Shown: positions 44,638 through 52,050 of the stretch, in pieces | How positions within the stretch are numbered: position 1 is the first letter of the stretch | Layout of the letters: every line of letters begins with the position of its first letter | Origin: a virus | DNA: 57,256 bases | Virus record (IMG/VR): IMGVR_UViG_3300025294_000007 | Location: 1-57,256 of that record | Direction: 5' to 3' (one strand) | Made by a program: the position numbers and the translations under genes | The notes under the pieces: model-generated | What the model was told of the DNA's origin: nothing | What the model saw: the letters and a program-made list of their open reading frames with translations, nothing else | Databases searched by the model: none

Positions 44638-44688
44638 TTAAGAAATTGACGTTATATTGACAATACAATATATAGAGAATATGAACCA

Positions 44689-44713
44689 GGCGCCAATCAA
44701 GGCGTCTTTTTTT
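44689..44713 (+). terminator. Intrinsic terminator after 43954..44637
   Basis: GGCGCC-aatcaa-GGCGTC (one G.U pair) followed by T7. Confidence 0.55.
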
Positions 44714-44746
44714 ATTTTTAAAGCCCTAGTTCACTGATTTTTAAAT

Positions 44747-45541
44747 TTATCCTAAGAAACCATAATAATCATAACGAAGTTGTCTATTATAAATACCGCG
44801 AGTTGTCTTTTTTATTGCACTGTAAAGAACCGCAGGTAGTGACTTCACTTTTCCACGCTTAAATGCATTTATTACGCTCAAAATAGTTTCACGGAATGTA
44901 TCTTCGTGGTCCTCAATCTGAATATCACGATCAACAGATGCTTTTGCTTTATAAATTACACCAACCATTTCATACAATTCCTCTGCATCAAAGAAAGGAG
45001 CTAATACGTATTTTAATGTTTCTGGTAATTTACTTACTAGCCCATTTTTAATGAGCGCAGCGTTTTCTCCTGTATCATATGTATTATTTAAATCTTTTTT
45101 AGGAGTTTGATTAAGAGTATTAGTATGACACTCGGTATGACATTGCATATTATCCGACACGACTTCAATTACTTGTCCGAATGCTTCTCGCGCTGAAATT
45201 TGTGTTAAGAAAACAATCGCATTTGACGATTGGCGTTTATCACCGTTAGCACGATCCAATTGATATTGAGCGATAATTCCCATTGATCCTAACGTGTTGC
45301 AAATACGTACTACCTGGCGAGTACTTAATCCGACCATTTTTGCGATAGATGACTTCGCCAAATAACATACTCCGTAAAATTTAGATGCATAGCGATGTAA
45401 AACGTCTAGTACGTTAAGCATTGATGTCGTCATAAATTCTCCGAATTGCAGGCGGATTGCTTTTGTATTAGCGTTCAGTTGTTCGATAGATTCAAAAGGT
45501 TGTAACATTCTATAAGTTTTTTCTGTGTTTAACAGTTTCAT
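44747..45541 (-). CDS. Plasmid Rep-like winged-HTH protein, 264 aa
   Basis: Central wHTH SIAKMVGLSTRQVVRICNTLGSMGII. It is divergent from parMR and has a long structured leader. Confidence 0.45.
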   Translation of the reverse strand: MKLLNTEKTYRMLQPFESIEQLNANTKAIRLQFGEFMTTSMLNVLDVLHRYASKFYGVCYLAKSSIAKMVGLSTRQVVRICNTLGSMGIIAQYQLDRANGDKRQSSNAIVFLTQISAREAFGQVIEVVSDNMQCHTECHTNTLNQTPKKDLNNTYDTGENAALIKNGLVSKLPETLKYVLAPFFDAEELYEMVGVIYKAKASVDRDIQIEDHEDTFRETILSVINAFKRGKVKSLPAVLYSAIKKTTRGIYNRQLRYDYYGFLG

Positions 45542-45568
45542 TACAGTTTGCCTCCTATATGGAAACAG

Positions 45569-45614
45569 AAAAAAGCGTTACATCGCATAAATACTAGCGA
45601 CATAACGCTTTTTT
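45569..45614 (-). terminator. Terminator/attenuator hairpin in the leader of the Rep-like gene
   Basis: A6-GCGTTA...TAACGC-T6 with an inner TCGC/GCGA stem, about 20 nt upstream of the SD ATAGGAGG. Confidence 0.55.
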
Positions 45615-45616
45615 CG

Positions 45617-45645
45617 TTGACGAAACCGAATAAACAAGATATAAT
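45617..45645 (+). promoter_or_regulatory. Perfect sigma-A consensus promoter TTGACG-17-TATAAT pointing away from the Rep-like gene
   Basis: -35 at 45617..45622 and -10 at 45640..45645. The palindrome AAGATAT-N7-ATATCTT (45637..45657) overlaps the -10. Confidence 0.7.
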
Positions 45646-45651
45646 TAGCAT

Positions 45652-45757
45652 ATCTTATATATAACGATTAAGTCGGCAAGTGTTAGTCGCGAGTCTGGTT
45701 CGCGGTTGACGGTTATAAAGTGTTGGTAGCACTTTATAACAGCCGGCTTTTTCTTTT
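45652..45757 (+). ncRNA. Predicted ~105-nt non-coding RNA (candidate countertranscript to the Rep leader)
   Basis: It starts after the consensus promoter and has no SD or ORF. It contains the hairpin CGCGA/TCGCG and an 11-bp perfect stem GTTATAAAGTG/CACTTTATAAC (45712..45740), followed by AGCCGGC and T5CT5. Confidence 0.5.
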
Positions 45758-45834
45758 TCCGTGCGTTTATTTGTTACCACAACTTTACACTGTAAAAAAC
45801 GGAAATGCAAGAACAAACTTCATCTATTCCCTAC

Positions 45835-45869
45835 GCGCAACTCTAAAAAATGAGTTGCGCTATTTTTAT
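45835..45869 (+). terminator. Second plus-strand intrinsic terminator (GCGCAACTC / GAGTTGCGC + TATTTTTAT)
   Basis: 9-bp perfect stem at 45835..45843 and 45852..45860. Confidence 0.55.
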
Positions 45870-45881
45870 AAAATCATTAGA

Positions 45882-45966
45882 AATACGGTAAATCATACGT
45901 AATGAATTACGGTAATGAATATAGAAAGTATTGCATTACGGTAAATTCGTGATATAATTACGGTAT
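45882..45966. repeat. parC-like centromere iterons (A)TTACGGTA(A), four copies
   Basis: Copies at 45882..45891, 45906..45915, 45935..45944 and 45957..45966. They overlap the parM promoter. Confidence 0.65.
45931..45958 (+). promoter_or_regulatory. parMR promoter TTGCAT-16-TGaTATAAT
   Basis: -35 at 45931..45936 and extended -10 at 45950..45958. Iterons are interleaved with it. Confidence 0.65.
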
Positions 45967-45988
45967 AAAACAAATCGGAGGCGATTAA

Positions 45989-47065
45989 ATGCAATTGTTT
46001 GCGTTAGATTTAGGAAACCGTCAAGTAAAATTAATGAGTGAAAAAGCTACAAAAGTCCTACCTAGTTACTTTGTAAATGCTGCAGAATACGGGAAGCGTG
46101 ACGTGCTTGCGTTAGGTAAAAAAGAAAAGGAACAGACAACTAGCGATTATGTAACAGGTCGTGACGCAGATTTTACTTACGTTTGGGGAACGGGATTAGA
46201 TATTAACCGCAAACGTGTTACGGATACATTGGACTTCAATAGACGATATGATACGTTAGAATTTAAGGTGTTAGCAGATTTAGCACTTACTGAATTAGCG
46301 CGTGACTTTAAAGAATCTACAAAGAGCGCTATTGACGTGGCAGTTGTAACTGGTGTACCTACAGACGATTACGATAATGACGAGACAATTAAGCACATTA
46401 GAAACGCTTTAATCGGCGTACATAGCGCCTCGATTGACGGGGTAGATCATTATGTTCATGTACGTTCTGTAGACGTTCTTATGCAGCCAGTAGGCACAGC
46501 TATAGACGCAATGGTTGACGCACTTGGCAATATTAAAGAAGATAACGATATTGAGGACGGATATATTGGAGTAGTCGATGTCGGAGGTGGTACGGTTATC
46601 ATCAACGCTTTCGATAAGATGAATCTTGATACAAAGCACCGTGTACAAATGGAGGACGGATCATATTCATTATTCACAGAGATCCGCAATCGAATCATTG
46701 ATAAAGGCTACAAAATTTCTGAACACGAAGTTGAGCAAATTGTCCGTGATGGTAACGATAAGGAAGTATATACGTGGTCGCCAAACGGTCGTGAAACGCT
46801 TGATTTTACAGATATGGTTATGAAAGAGCGTAAATTATACACTCGTAACATTGCTCAATCTGTGAAATCAACGTTTAAAGCGATGTCTAGTATGCGTAAA
46901 ATATACGTAACTGGAGGTACTGCAAATCTTCTTATTAAAGATGAATTTACACGAGTAGTCAAAATTGCACATTTTGTAAACGACAGTGAAACGGCAAACG
47001 TGCGCGGGTATTATAAATACGGATTAATAAATGAGGTGACTGCTGTTGACGAAGCTACGAATTGA
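45989..47065 (+). CDS. Actin-like segregation ATPase (ParM/Alp family), 358 aa
   Basis: Phosphate-1 ALDLGNRQVK, phosphate-2 VVDVGGGTVII and adenosine motif YVTGGTANL. Confidence 0.8.
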   Translation: MQLFALDLGNRQVKLMSEKATKVLPSYFVNAAEYGKRDVLALGKKEKEQTTSDYVTGRDADFTYVWGTGLDINRKRVTDTLDFNRRYDTLEFKVLADLALTELARDFKESTKSAIDVAVVTGVPTDDYDNDETIKHIRNALIGVHSASIDGVDHYVHVRSVDVLMQPVGTAIDAMVDALGNIKEDNDIEDGYIGVVDVGGGTVIINAFDKMNLDTKHRVQMEDGSYSLFTEIRNRIIDKGYKISEHEVEQIVRDGNDKEVYTWSPNGRETLDFTDMVMKERKLYTRNIAQSVKSTFKAMSSMRKIYVTGGTANLLIKDEFTRVVKIAHFVNDSETANVRGYYKYGLINEVTAVDEATN

Positions 47066-47330
47066 GGTCGTACTAACGGAAGCAGATGCGGATATAATCG
47101 AATTTATACAAAGTAGTAGTGTGCCTCGCGCTACTCAATTTAAGCTGGCAATGCGCGAAAAGATGCAACGCCGTGAAGAGGAAAAGTTTGATACTAGAGT
47201 TAAACGATTGCTGGACGAAGTACTAGCGCAACGAGGCGTAAGTAATCCGGTAATTAATGAAGTGAAACCGTCAAAGAGACTTGGATTCGGCGGAAAAAGA
47301 CTTTATGACGATGAAGGCGACAGAAAATAA
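47046..47330 (+). CDS. ParR-like ribbon-helix-helix adaptor, 94 aa (TTG start behind GAGGTGA)
   Basis: N-terminal RIEVVLTEADADIIEFIQ beta-strand/helix pattern. Overlaps the parM stop. Confidence 0.55.
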   Translation: MTKLRIEVVLTEADADIIEFIQSSSVPRATQFKLAMREKMQRREEEKFDTRVKRLLDEVLAQRGVSNPVINEVKPSKRLGFGGKRLYDDEGDRK

Positions 47331-47342
47331 ACAAAAGAAAAA

Positions 47343-47385
47343 ACCGAGTGGACAATTGCGACGTCTACTCGGTCTTTTTCTTTTT
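47343..47385. terminator. Bidirectional intrinsic terminator
   Basis: ACCGAGTGGAC / GTCTACTCGGT stem flanked by an A-rich run and T5CT5. Confidence 0.7.
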
Positions 47386-47478
47386 CTTCGTCTTTTTAGG
47401 TGCAGTAGGCAATCCATATTTCTCCGTTTGCTTACGAACGCCTTCCGCAAATTTGTCCAACTTTGCTTTATTGTACAT
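47365..47478 (-). CDS. 37-aa Lys-rich small protein (MYNKAKLDKFAEGVRKQTEKYGLPTAPKKTKKKKKTE)
   Basis: ATG 7 nt after GAGGGAGGTGG. The stop lies inside the bidirectional terminator. Below the ORF-track cutoff. Confidence 0.5.
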   Translation of the reverse strand: MYNKAKLDKFAEGVRKQTEKYGLPTAPKKTKKKKKTE

Positions 47479-47652
47479 CGATATTCCACCTCCCTCTATC
47501 TTCAGTATGAGCAAATAAGTCCGCGACTAAACATAGCAGGACAACTTCAATATTGTACTAGGACAACCTCGATATCTCATACGCTATATAAAATAAGCCC
47601 GCGACTTTACTAATGTGTCGCAGACTTAAATCGGCTTTGGGAGGCGAGAAAG

Positions 47653-48279
47653 ATTCAAAAGGGGAGCACTAGAAAGGTTCGGTCCGATAAGAAACGTGAG
47701 GTAAGACCTGTCATCAAACTAGAACTCAAAGACGCAATTTATCGCTTGTCCTACATCACGTATACTCCGGTCAAAGACGTCTGTGAGCAGTTGTGCATTT
47801 ATGTTGTTTACGATAAGAGGATCATCGAACATTTATCGCAATTCTTTAAACGTGATGTACGCATGTCCAATACGTTATATTTCGGAAATGCTACGAATAA
47901 GATCATTAGCAAACGAGAACGAGGCGATAATCAGCGTGTGTCGGTGAGGTTTACACAAGGTGTGTACGATTCGATTGCGGTACTTAGTTATGCGATGGAT
48001 TGTACGCCATCTCGCACAGTTGCGATTTTACTGAATATCGCAATGAAAAATGTAGAGTATGTAAATCGTTATATGAAGGAATATTTAGATGGTCATTTGA
48101 GCGAGCAGCAAATGCGTGAATTACGAGGCGTATTAAAATACGTTAATCATACAAGTGATGCGCAACAATCATGGATGGCGTTACTAGGGACTATACTTGA
48201 TGAGGTTAGTGCGCCTATGACGCGAGTTAAGGACGCAGTTAGCGAGTTCTTGTCGGGAATAAAAGATAAGGATAAATAA
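47653..48279 (+). CDS. Hypothetical protein, up to 208 aa if it starts at ATT 47653 (ORF-track start is TTG 47746)
   Basis: The frame is open from 47614. GGGAGG (47639..47644) lies 8 nt before the in-frame ATT. TTG 47746 has no SD. The extension IQKGSTRKVRSDKKREVRPVIKLELKDAIYRL looks protein-like. Confidence 0.5.
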   Translation: MQKGSTRKVRSDKKREVRPVIKLELKDAIYRLSYITYTPVKDVCEQLCIYVVYDKRIIEHLSQFFKRDVRMSNTLYFGNATNKIISKRERGDNQRVSVRFTQGVYDSIAVLSYAMDCTPSRTVAILLNIAMKNVEYVNRYMKEYLDGHLSEQQMRELRGVLKYVNHTSDAQQSWMALLGTILDEVSAPMTRVKDAVSEFLSGIKDKDK

Positions 48280-48320
48280 AAAAAAAGACCGCAAGGCAGC
48301 GATGCCCTACGGTCTTTTCT
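48278..48320. terminator. Bidirectional terminator between convergent genes
   Basis: A9-GACCG...CGGTC-T4CTT with an inner AGGCA/TGCC stem. Confidence 0.65.
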
Positions 48321-48323
48321 TCG

Positions 48324-49004
48324 TTATCTTTGCGAAATGATGATTTTCAATCCTTCGAAATCTCCGCCTGTCATAGTGCCAGTCTCGAATTTGTCGAGCC
48401 ACGCTTTATCAATTTTCTTACTATCGACAGCTTGCTGCAGTAAATCGCGTACTGCCGTTTTCGTTTCTTTAATCGTAAATTGCATTATATCGTCATCCTT
48501 TCCAGTTGCATCATTTTTATCGTTTATTGCGTACTCAATCCGTTTCAAGAAGCTATTCCAACGGCACTCATCTAAAATACGATGTGGGCAGTACTTACCG
48601 TTCCAGTCTCGGTGCTTCTTTACTCGCTCAATGCCCCATCCGTATTTCTTTAGTAGGCTGGCGATATATTGAACGGCATTTTCTTCCGCAGCTACGTAAC
48701 GAGCGCCCCCACTTTTGCTGTAGCAGATTTCAATGCCGATTGATTTACGATTGCCATTACCTTGACCATCTCCGCAATGCCAGGCGTTACGATTGAATGG
48801 AATGGCTTGAATAGCCTCCTTATCGTCAATGGCAACATGGTAGGATACTAGATTGTTGTTAGTTATCATGTATCTAGTTTCGTTTTCAGCTGATGCGTCG
48901 TTCGCCGTATTGTGCACCGTGATATATTGAGGCGTCATTGCGTAAGGCGACTTAATCGCATATTTAACTGACGCTAATAAGTTTTGTTTGAATACGTAGC
49001 TCAT
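48324..49004 (-). CDS. Endolysin: N-acetylmuramoyl-L-alanine amidase (PGRP/Amidase_2) with a PlyL/PlyG-type C-terminal domain, 226 aa
   Basis: ITVHNTAN..., YHVAIDD, WHCGDG and KKHRDWNGKYCPHRIL. Confidence 0.85.
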   Translation of the reverse strand: MSYVFKQNLLASVKYAIKSPYAMTPQYITVHNTANDASAENETRYMITNNNLVSYHVAIDDKEAIQAIPFNRNAWHCGDGQGNGNRKSIGIEICYSKSGGARYVAAEENAVQYIASLLKKYGWGIERVKKHRDWNGKYCPHRILDECRWNSFLKRIEYAINDKNDATGKDDDIMQFTIKETKTAVRDLLQQAVDSKKIDKAWLDKFETGTMTGGDFEGLKIIISQR

Positions 49005-49324
49005 TTCGCCTCACCTGGCTTATTATACGACATAGCACGCTGGCTATCGCTAATTCCCTTCGTAGTTGGGTCAATCAATGCGTTATAAACCGATACCCCA
49101 ATGAGCGATAGCACATACGGATTACTAAACGCATTAGCTAAGAGTTGCCATACGCTTCCCCACGTTGTTAAATCTGCGCCTGTGATTCCGTAGTAAGCGA
49201 ATAGTGGAGCAAGTATGGCTAGTGTCACCGTAATCCAAAACTGCGGATTCTTCGCCCGTACTTTCAAATTTAATTGCGTCATAATTACGTCATCTCCTTC
49301 TGTTTTAGTGTGATAATAGTGCAA
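49001..49324 (-). CDS. Holin (phi LC3 / holin 4-1 family); the start may be ATG 49282
   Basis: NPQFWITVTLAILAPLFAYYGI...YVLSLIGVSVYNALIDPTTKG. Located between xhlA and the endolysin gene. Confidence 0.7.
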   Translation of the reverse strand: MHYYHTKTEGDDVIMTQLNLKVRAKNPQFWITVTLAILAPLFAYYGITGADLTTWGSVWQLLANAFSNPYVLSLIGVSVYNALIDPTTKGISDSQRAMSYNKPGEAK

Positions 49325-49574
49325 TGATAGCGACTACTATCGATGCAGTCGAAAAAACTCCGCCGATGACTGTACCTATCAGCCATCTACGATTATTGTT
49401 CGTCTCTGTGCGCATGTCTTTGAGTGCATCTTCATGCAATTCTGCGAGCCGTAGTGCTTGATTGGCGGTCGCGTCAGCTTGATTGGCTGTTTCGCGCACA
49501 GTTCTAAAATCGTCTATCTTCGCTTCAATTCCGCCTAAACGCTGATAGATGTCGCGCACTAAGGAATCTTCCAT
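49305..49574 (-). CDS. xhlA: XhlA-family haemolysin-like lysis protein, 89 aa
   Basis: Coiled N-terminus plus a C-terminal TM WLIGTVIGGVFSTASIVVAIIALL. PBSX-like position. Confidence 0.7.
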   Translation of the reverse strand: MEDSLVRDIYQRLGGIEAKIDDFRTVRETANQADATANQALRLAELHEDALKDMRTETNNNRRWLIGTVIGGVFSTASIVVAIIALLSH

Positions 49575-49605
49575 ACGTAGCCTCCTAGTGTTATTATGGT
49601 GTATA

Positions 49606-49737
49606 TTTATCGCCTGTGATTTCTTTAAATTGTGCCGTCGTAATCTTGCCAGCTACAACGAAAATCTTTACGTTATCTTTCGTATAAAATCGTGGATAGT
49701 ACGCTTTTGCTGCGTTTAAGTATACATCGTTATTCAT
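49606..49737 (-). CDS. XkdX-family small protein, 43 aa as read (C-terminus out of register, see findings)
   Basis: MNNDVYLNAAKAYYPRFYTKDNVKIFVVAGKITTAQFKE.. Below the ORF-track cutoff. Confidence 0.6.
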
Positions 49738-49948
49738 TTTTTGCGCCTCCTAATATTTGTAGTAACAATTCCGCTTGTAACGATTCTATCGCATCTAAAC
49801 GAATATCTTTTTCTATTAAAGAAAGCGTTAGAGACGCGTTTTCCTCCTCTAATCGCTCTACTCTTTCGCTAGATGTTTCGCCTTGACCGATTTTTTCTAC
49901 TGCGCCCAATGATCCGTCTGATAGGCGTGGTCTACGTTCAATAGCCAT
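49730..49948 (-). CDS. Small coiled-coil tail-fibre-associated protein (XkdW position), 72 aa
   Basis: Gene order only. Confidence 0.45.
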   Translation of the reverse strand: MAIERRPRLSDGSLGAVEKIGQGETSSERVERLEEENASLTLSLIEKDIRLDAIESLQAELLLQILGGAKNE

Positions 49949-51945
49949 TAAAGCACCCCCATAATTAATGTAATAGCGCTGTTTGCTTCAACATCCAATT
50001 TTTCCAATTCAAGTTGCAGGATAATAGAATCTTTCGCTTCATCAGATGCTAAGTAAAACTCATCTTCCACCTGACCGTTTTGTAGATTAGCTGTATTCGT
50101 CAGTGTCATAGGCTTAAACGATTCTTGTTCGCCTGATAGTGTCATACTTGCTGATATTTTTAACGTCAATTCAGCGTTATGTTGTACCCAAATGATAATC
50201 TCGGAAGCTGATCCAGTAGGAGGCGCTATTTTATAGCGAGCTGTTGATTTGTTAATGGGCACAACAACTTTATTTTTAAGGAGTTTTACCGTTTGAGTTG
50301 TTTTAGCACCGTAGCTGTCAACAGCTTCAACTGTTATAAGGTTTTCCCCAATGTTCAATGCGCCTAAAGAGACATTAAAGTCGAATGTTCCACTTGTGCC
50401 AGTTGCGATTTGAATGGAATTAGCACCGTTAATACGGTAGCTTACCGTCGTTTCGTTTTGGTCTTGATCCTCGAACGTTCCATCAATAACAAAGGTGTCC
50501 TTATCTATATTACCGGTTGTGGTAGGTGGATTAACTGTCAGCAATGGCACACGGTTAGGTACGACATAAAATGTTCGCACCACGTTCTCGGATGACGCAT
50601 TTTCGGTATCAACAGCCCAAACTTTTAAAGTGTGTGCTACACCTTCTGTTAAATCGCTTGTAATTGCTGTCTCATCGTCATAAAGTTTTCCTGCTTTAAA
50701 AGTGAGCTTTTTGGATAACGATATTTCTGTTTTACTTAGATTAGTAGCTAATACTTTTCGTTGTTCACTGTTTATTTGATAGTAAACTGTAACCGATTGA
50801 TCTGTATCAGTATCGGAAGCTGTACCTGTAATGTTTAATGTGTCATTTTCGTACAATGTCACGTTTTCAGACGGGCTGGTTAATATCACAGTAGGTGCAT
50901 TATTGTATTTCATTGTATATTCTGCGGAAGTAGTCCAAGCAGAAGCATCTGACGAATCCTTAGCACATACCCTAAATTGAATATATGTCCCTGTAATATT
51001 GGTTGGTATTGTCCAAGATATTCCGTTAGTAGTAGTAGTACTTATAGTAGTCCAAGACTGGCCTCTATCCTTCGTGTACTGGAATTGATAATTTACTACA
51101 TCTCCGTCTGGGTCACTTACTGTTCCGGCAGTTATTGATACTGCAACACCCGGCTTGAAAGTTCCAGTAGCTTGTAAACTTCCGGGCTTAGGAGGAGCAG
51201 TATTTAAATGAGTAATACGAGCATATCCACCTCCGGTATTTCCGTTTCCTGAAGTTCCATTAGGGAGAAGCATGTAGTTAGCTCCATTAACGGAGTTACC
51301 GGAAGTGACTCCCCCAATGTATCCGGAACCACCGCCACCTCCGGCATCATCATCATCACTATGGCTAGGGTAGTCGGTTCCGCCGCCGCCACCTCCGTAG
51401 TAGCCACCGCCACCGCCACCACCTCCTACGGAAGAAGTGCCCTGTCCTGAACGTCCTCCTTGTCCTAAAGAACCTGATTCTCCAGAAGAACCTCCGGAAC
51501 CACCGGCTCCTCCTGAGCCAGAAGAACCTCCGGAACCACCCATTCTAGTAGAAGCAGCATCGGGAGCCTTTAATCCATCAATTCCTCCTCCGGCTCCTCC
51601 GGCATGTGCGTCACTATAGGAAATATATCTTCCAGCTCCACCGCCACCTCCGGCTACAAGGATACGGTTGGATAATGAAGTACCTCCTCTACGAAAATCT
51701 GTGGCTCCACCACCATATAATTCAGACTTATTAGCTGCTCCGCCACCATTATATCCGAACTGTCCACCTACATATATATACAGAACTTCTCCGGCAGTAA
51801 GATTTACTATACCTTCTGAGAATCCTCCCTTTCCTCCATAAGTACCTCCTTGCGCTCCCCATGCGTATAATTGGTATCGTCCAGTTGTGGGAACAGTAAA
51901 AGTTTGCACAGCATTTGTATTTCCAAAATTCCATGTTTGACCCAT
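49948..51945 (-). CDS. Glycine-rich-domain tail fibre paralogue, 665 aa
   Basis: N-terminal TFTVPTTGRYQLYAWGAQGG...GGGGGGGGYYGGGGGG glycine-rich domain. The C-terminal 320 aa or so are homologous to the two BNR fibres. Confidence 0.7.
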   Translation of the reverse strand: MGQTWNFGNTNAVQTFTVPTTGRYQLYAWGAQGGTYGGKGGFSEGIVNLTAGEVLYIYVGGQFGYNGGGAANKSELYGGGATDFRRGGTSLSNRILVAGGGGGAGRYISYSDAHAGGAGGGIDGLKAPDAASTRMGGSGGSSGSGGAGGSGGSSGESGSLGQGGRSGQGTSSVGGGGGGGGYYGGGGGGTDYPSHSDDDDAGGGGGSGYIGGVTSGNSVNGANYMLLPNGTSGNGNTGGGYARITHLNTAPPKPGSLQATGTFKPGVAVSITAGTVSDPDGDVVNYQFQYTKDRGQSWTTISTTTTNGISWTIPTNITGTYIQFRVCAKDSSDASAWTTSAEYTMKYNNAPTVILTSPSENVTLYENDTLNITGTASDTDTDQSVTVYYQINSEQRKVLATNLSKTEISLSKKLTFKAGKLYDDETAITSDLTEGVAHTLKVWAVDTENASSENVVRTFYVVPNRVPLLTVNPPTTTGNIDKDTFVIDGTFEDQDQNETTVSYRINGANSIQIATGTSGTFDFNVSLGALNIGENLITVEAVDSYGAKTTQTVKLLKNKVVVPINKSTARYKIAPPTGSASEIIIWVQHNAELTLKISASMTLSGEQESFKPMTLTNTANLQNGQVEDEFYLASDEAKDSIILQLELEKLDVEANSAITLIMGVL

Positions 51946-51956
51946 TTTTCATCCTC

Positions 51957-52049
51957 CTATACTAAGACAAGTAGAGTCTTTTCTTTCGTCGATTTCAAAT
52001 CATACCTGTTCTTAATTTTCGCATACGTAACATTATAATACTGAGTCAT
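51957..52049 (-). pseudogene. 30-codon remnant of a YYYDKF-type fibre N-terminus
   Basis: MTQYYNVTYAKIKNRYDLKSTKEKTLLVLV, compared with MAQYYYDKFTSIKNETYDY. It starts 1 nt after the ..VEVV stop codon. Confidence 0.5.
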
Positions 52050-52050
52050 C

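Noticed and set aside
44647-44675. TTGACG-17-TATATA promoter-like sequence just after the 227-aa membrane protein gene. It shares TTGACGTTATATT with the cassette A promoter.
   Set aside because: It lies only about 15 nt upstream of the terminator at 44689..44713, so any transcript would be tiny. I note it as a possible repeated motif but have too little evidence to call it a feature.
45720-45902. 60-aa plus-strand ORF between the Rep-like gene and parM.
   Set aside because: It has no SD. It spans two intrinsic terminators and the first iteron. The region is better explained by non-coding RNA and regulatory elements.
47271-47613. 72-aa minus-strand and 110-aa plus-strand ORFs overlapping the bidirectional terminator.
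   Set aside because: Both run through the terminator stem and have Arg/Lys-rich junk composition. The SD-supported 37-aa ORF at 47365..47478 is the credible gene here.
51437-51619. Pro/Glu-rich 60-aa plus-strand ORF (PPEPPAPPEPEEPPEPP), along with the other short ORFs overlapping 51200..51950.
   Set aside because: It is the reverse complement of the GGN-rich glycine-domain coding sequence of the 665-aa fibre. It is a composition artefact.
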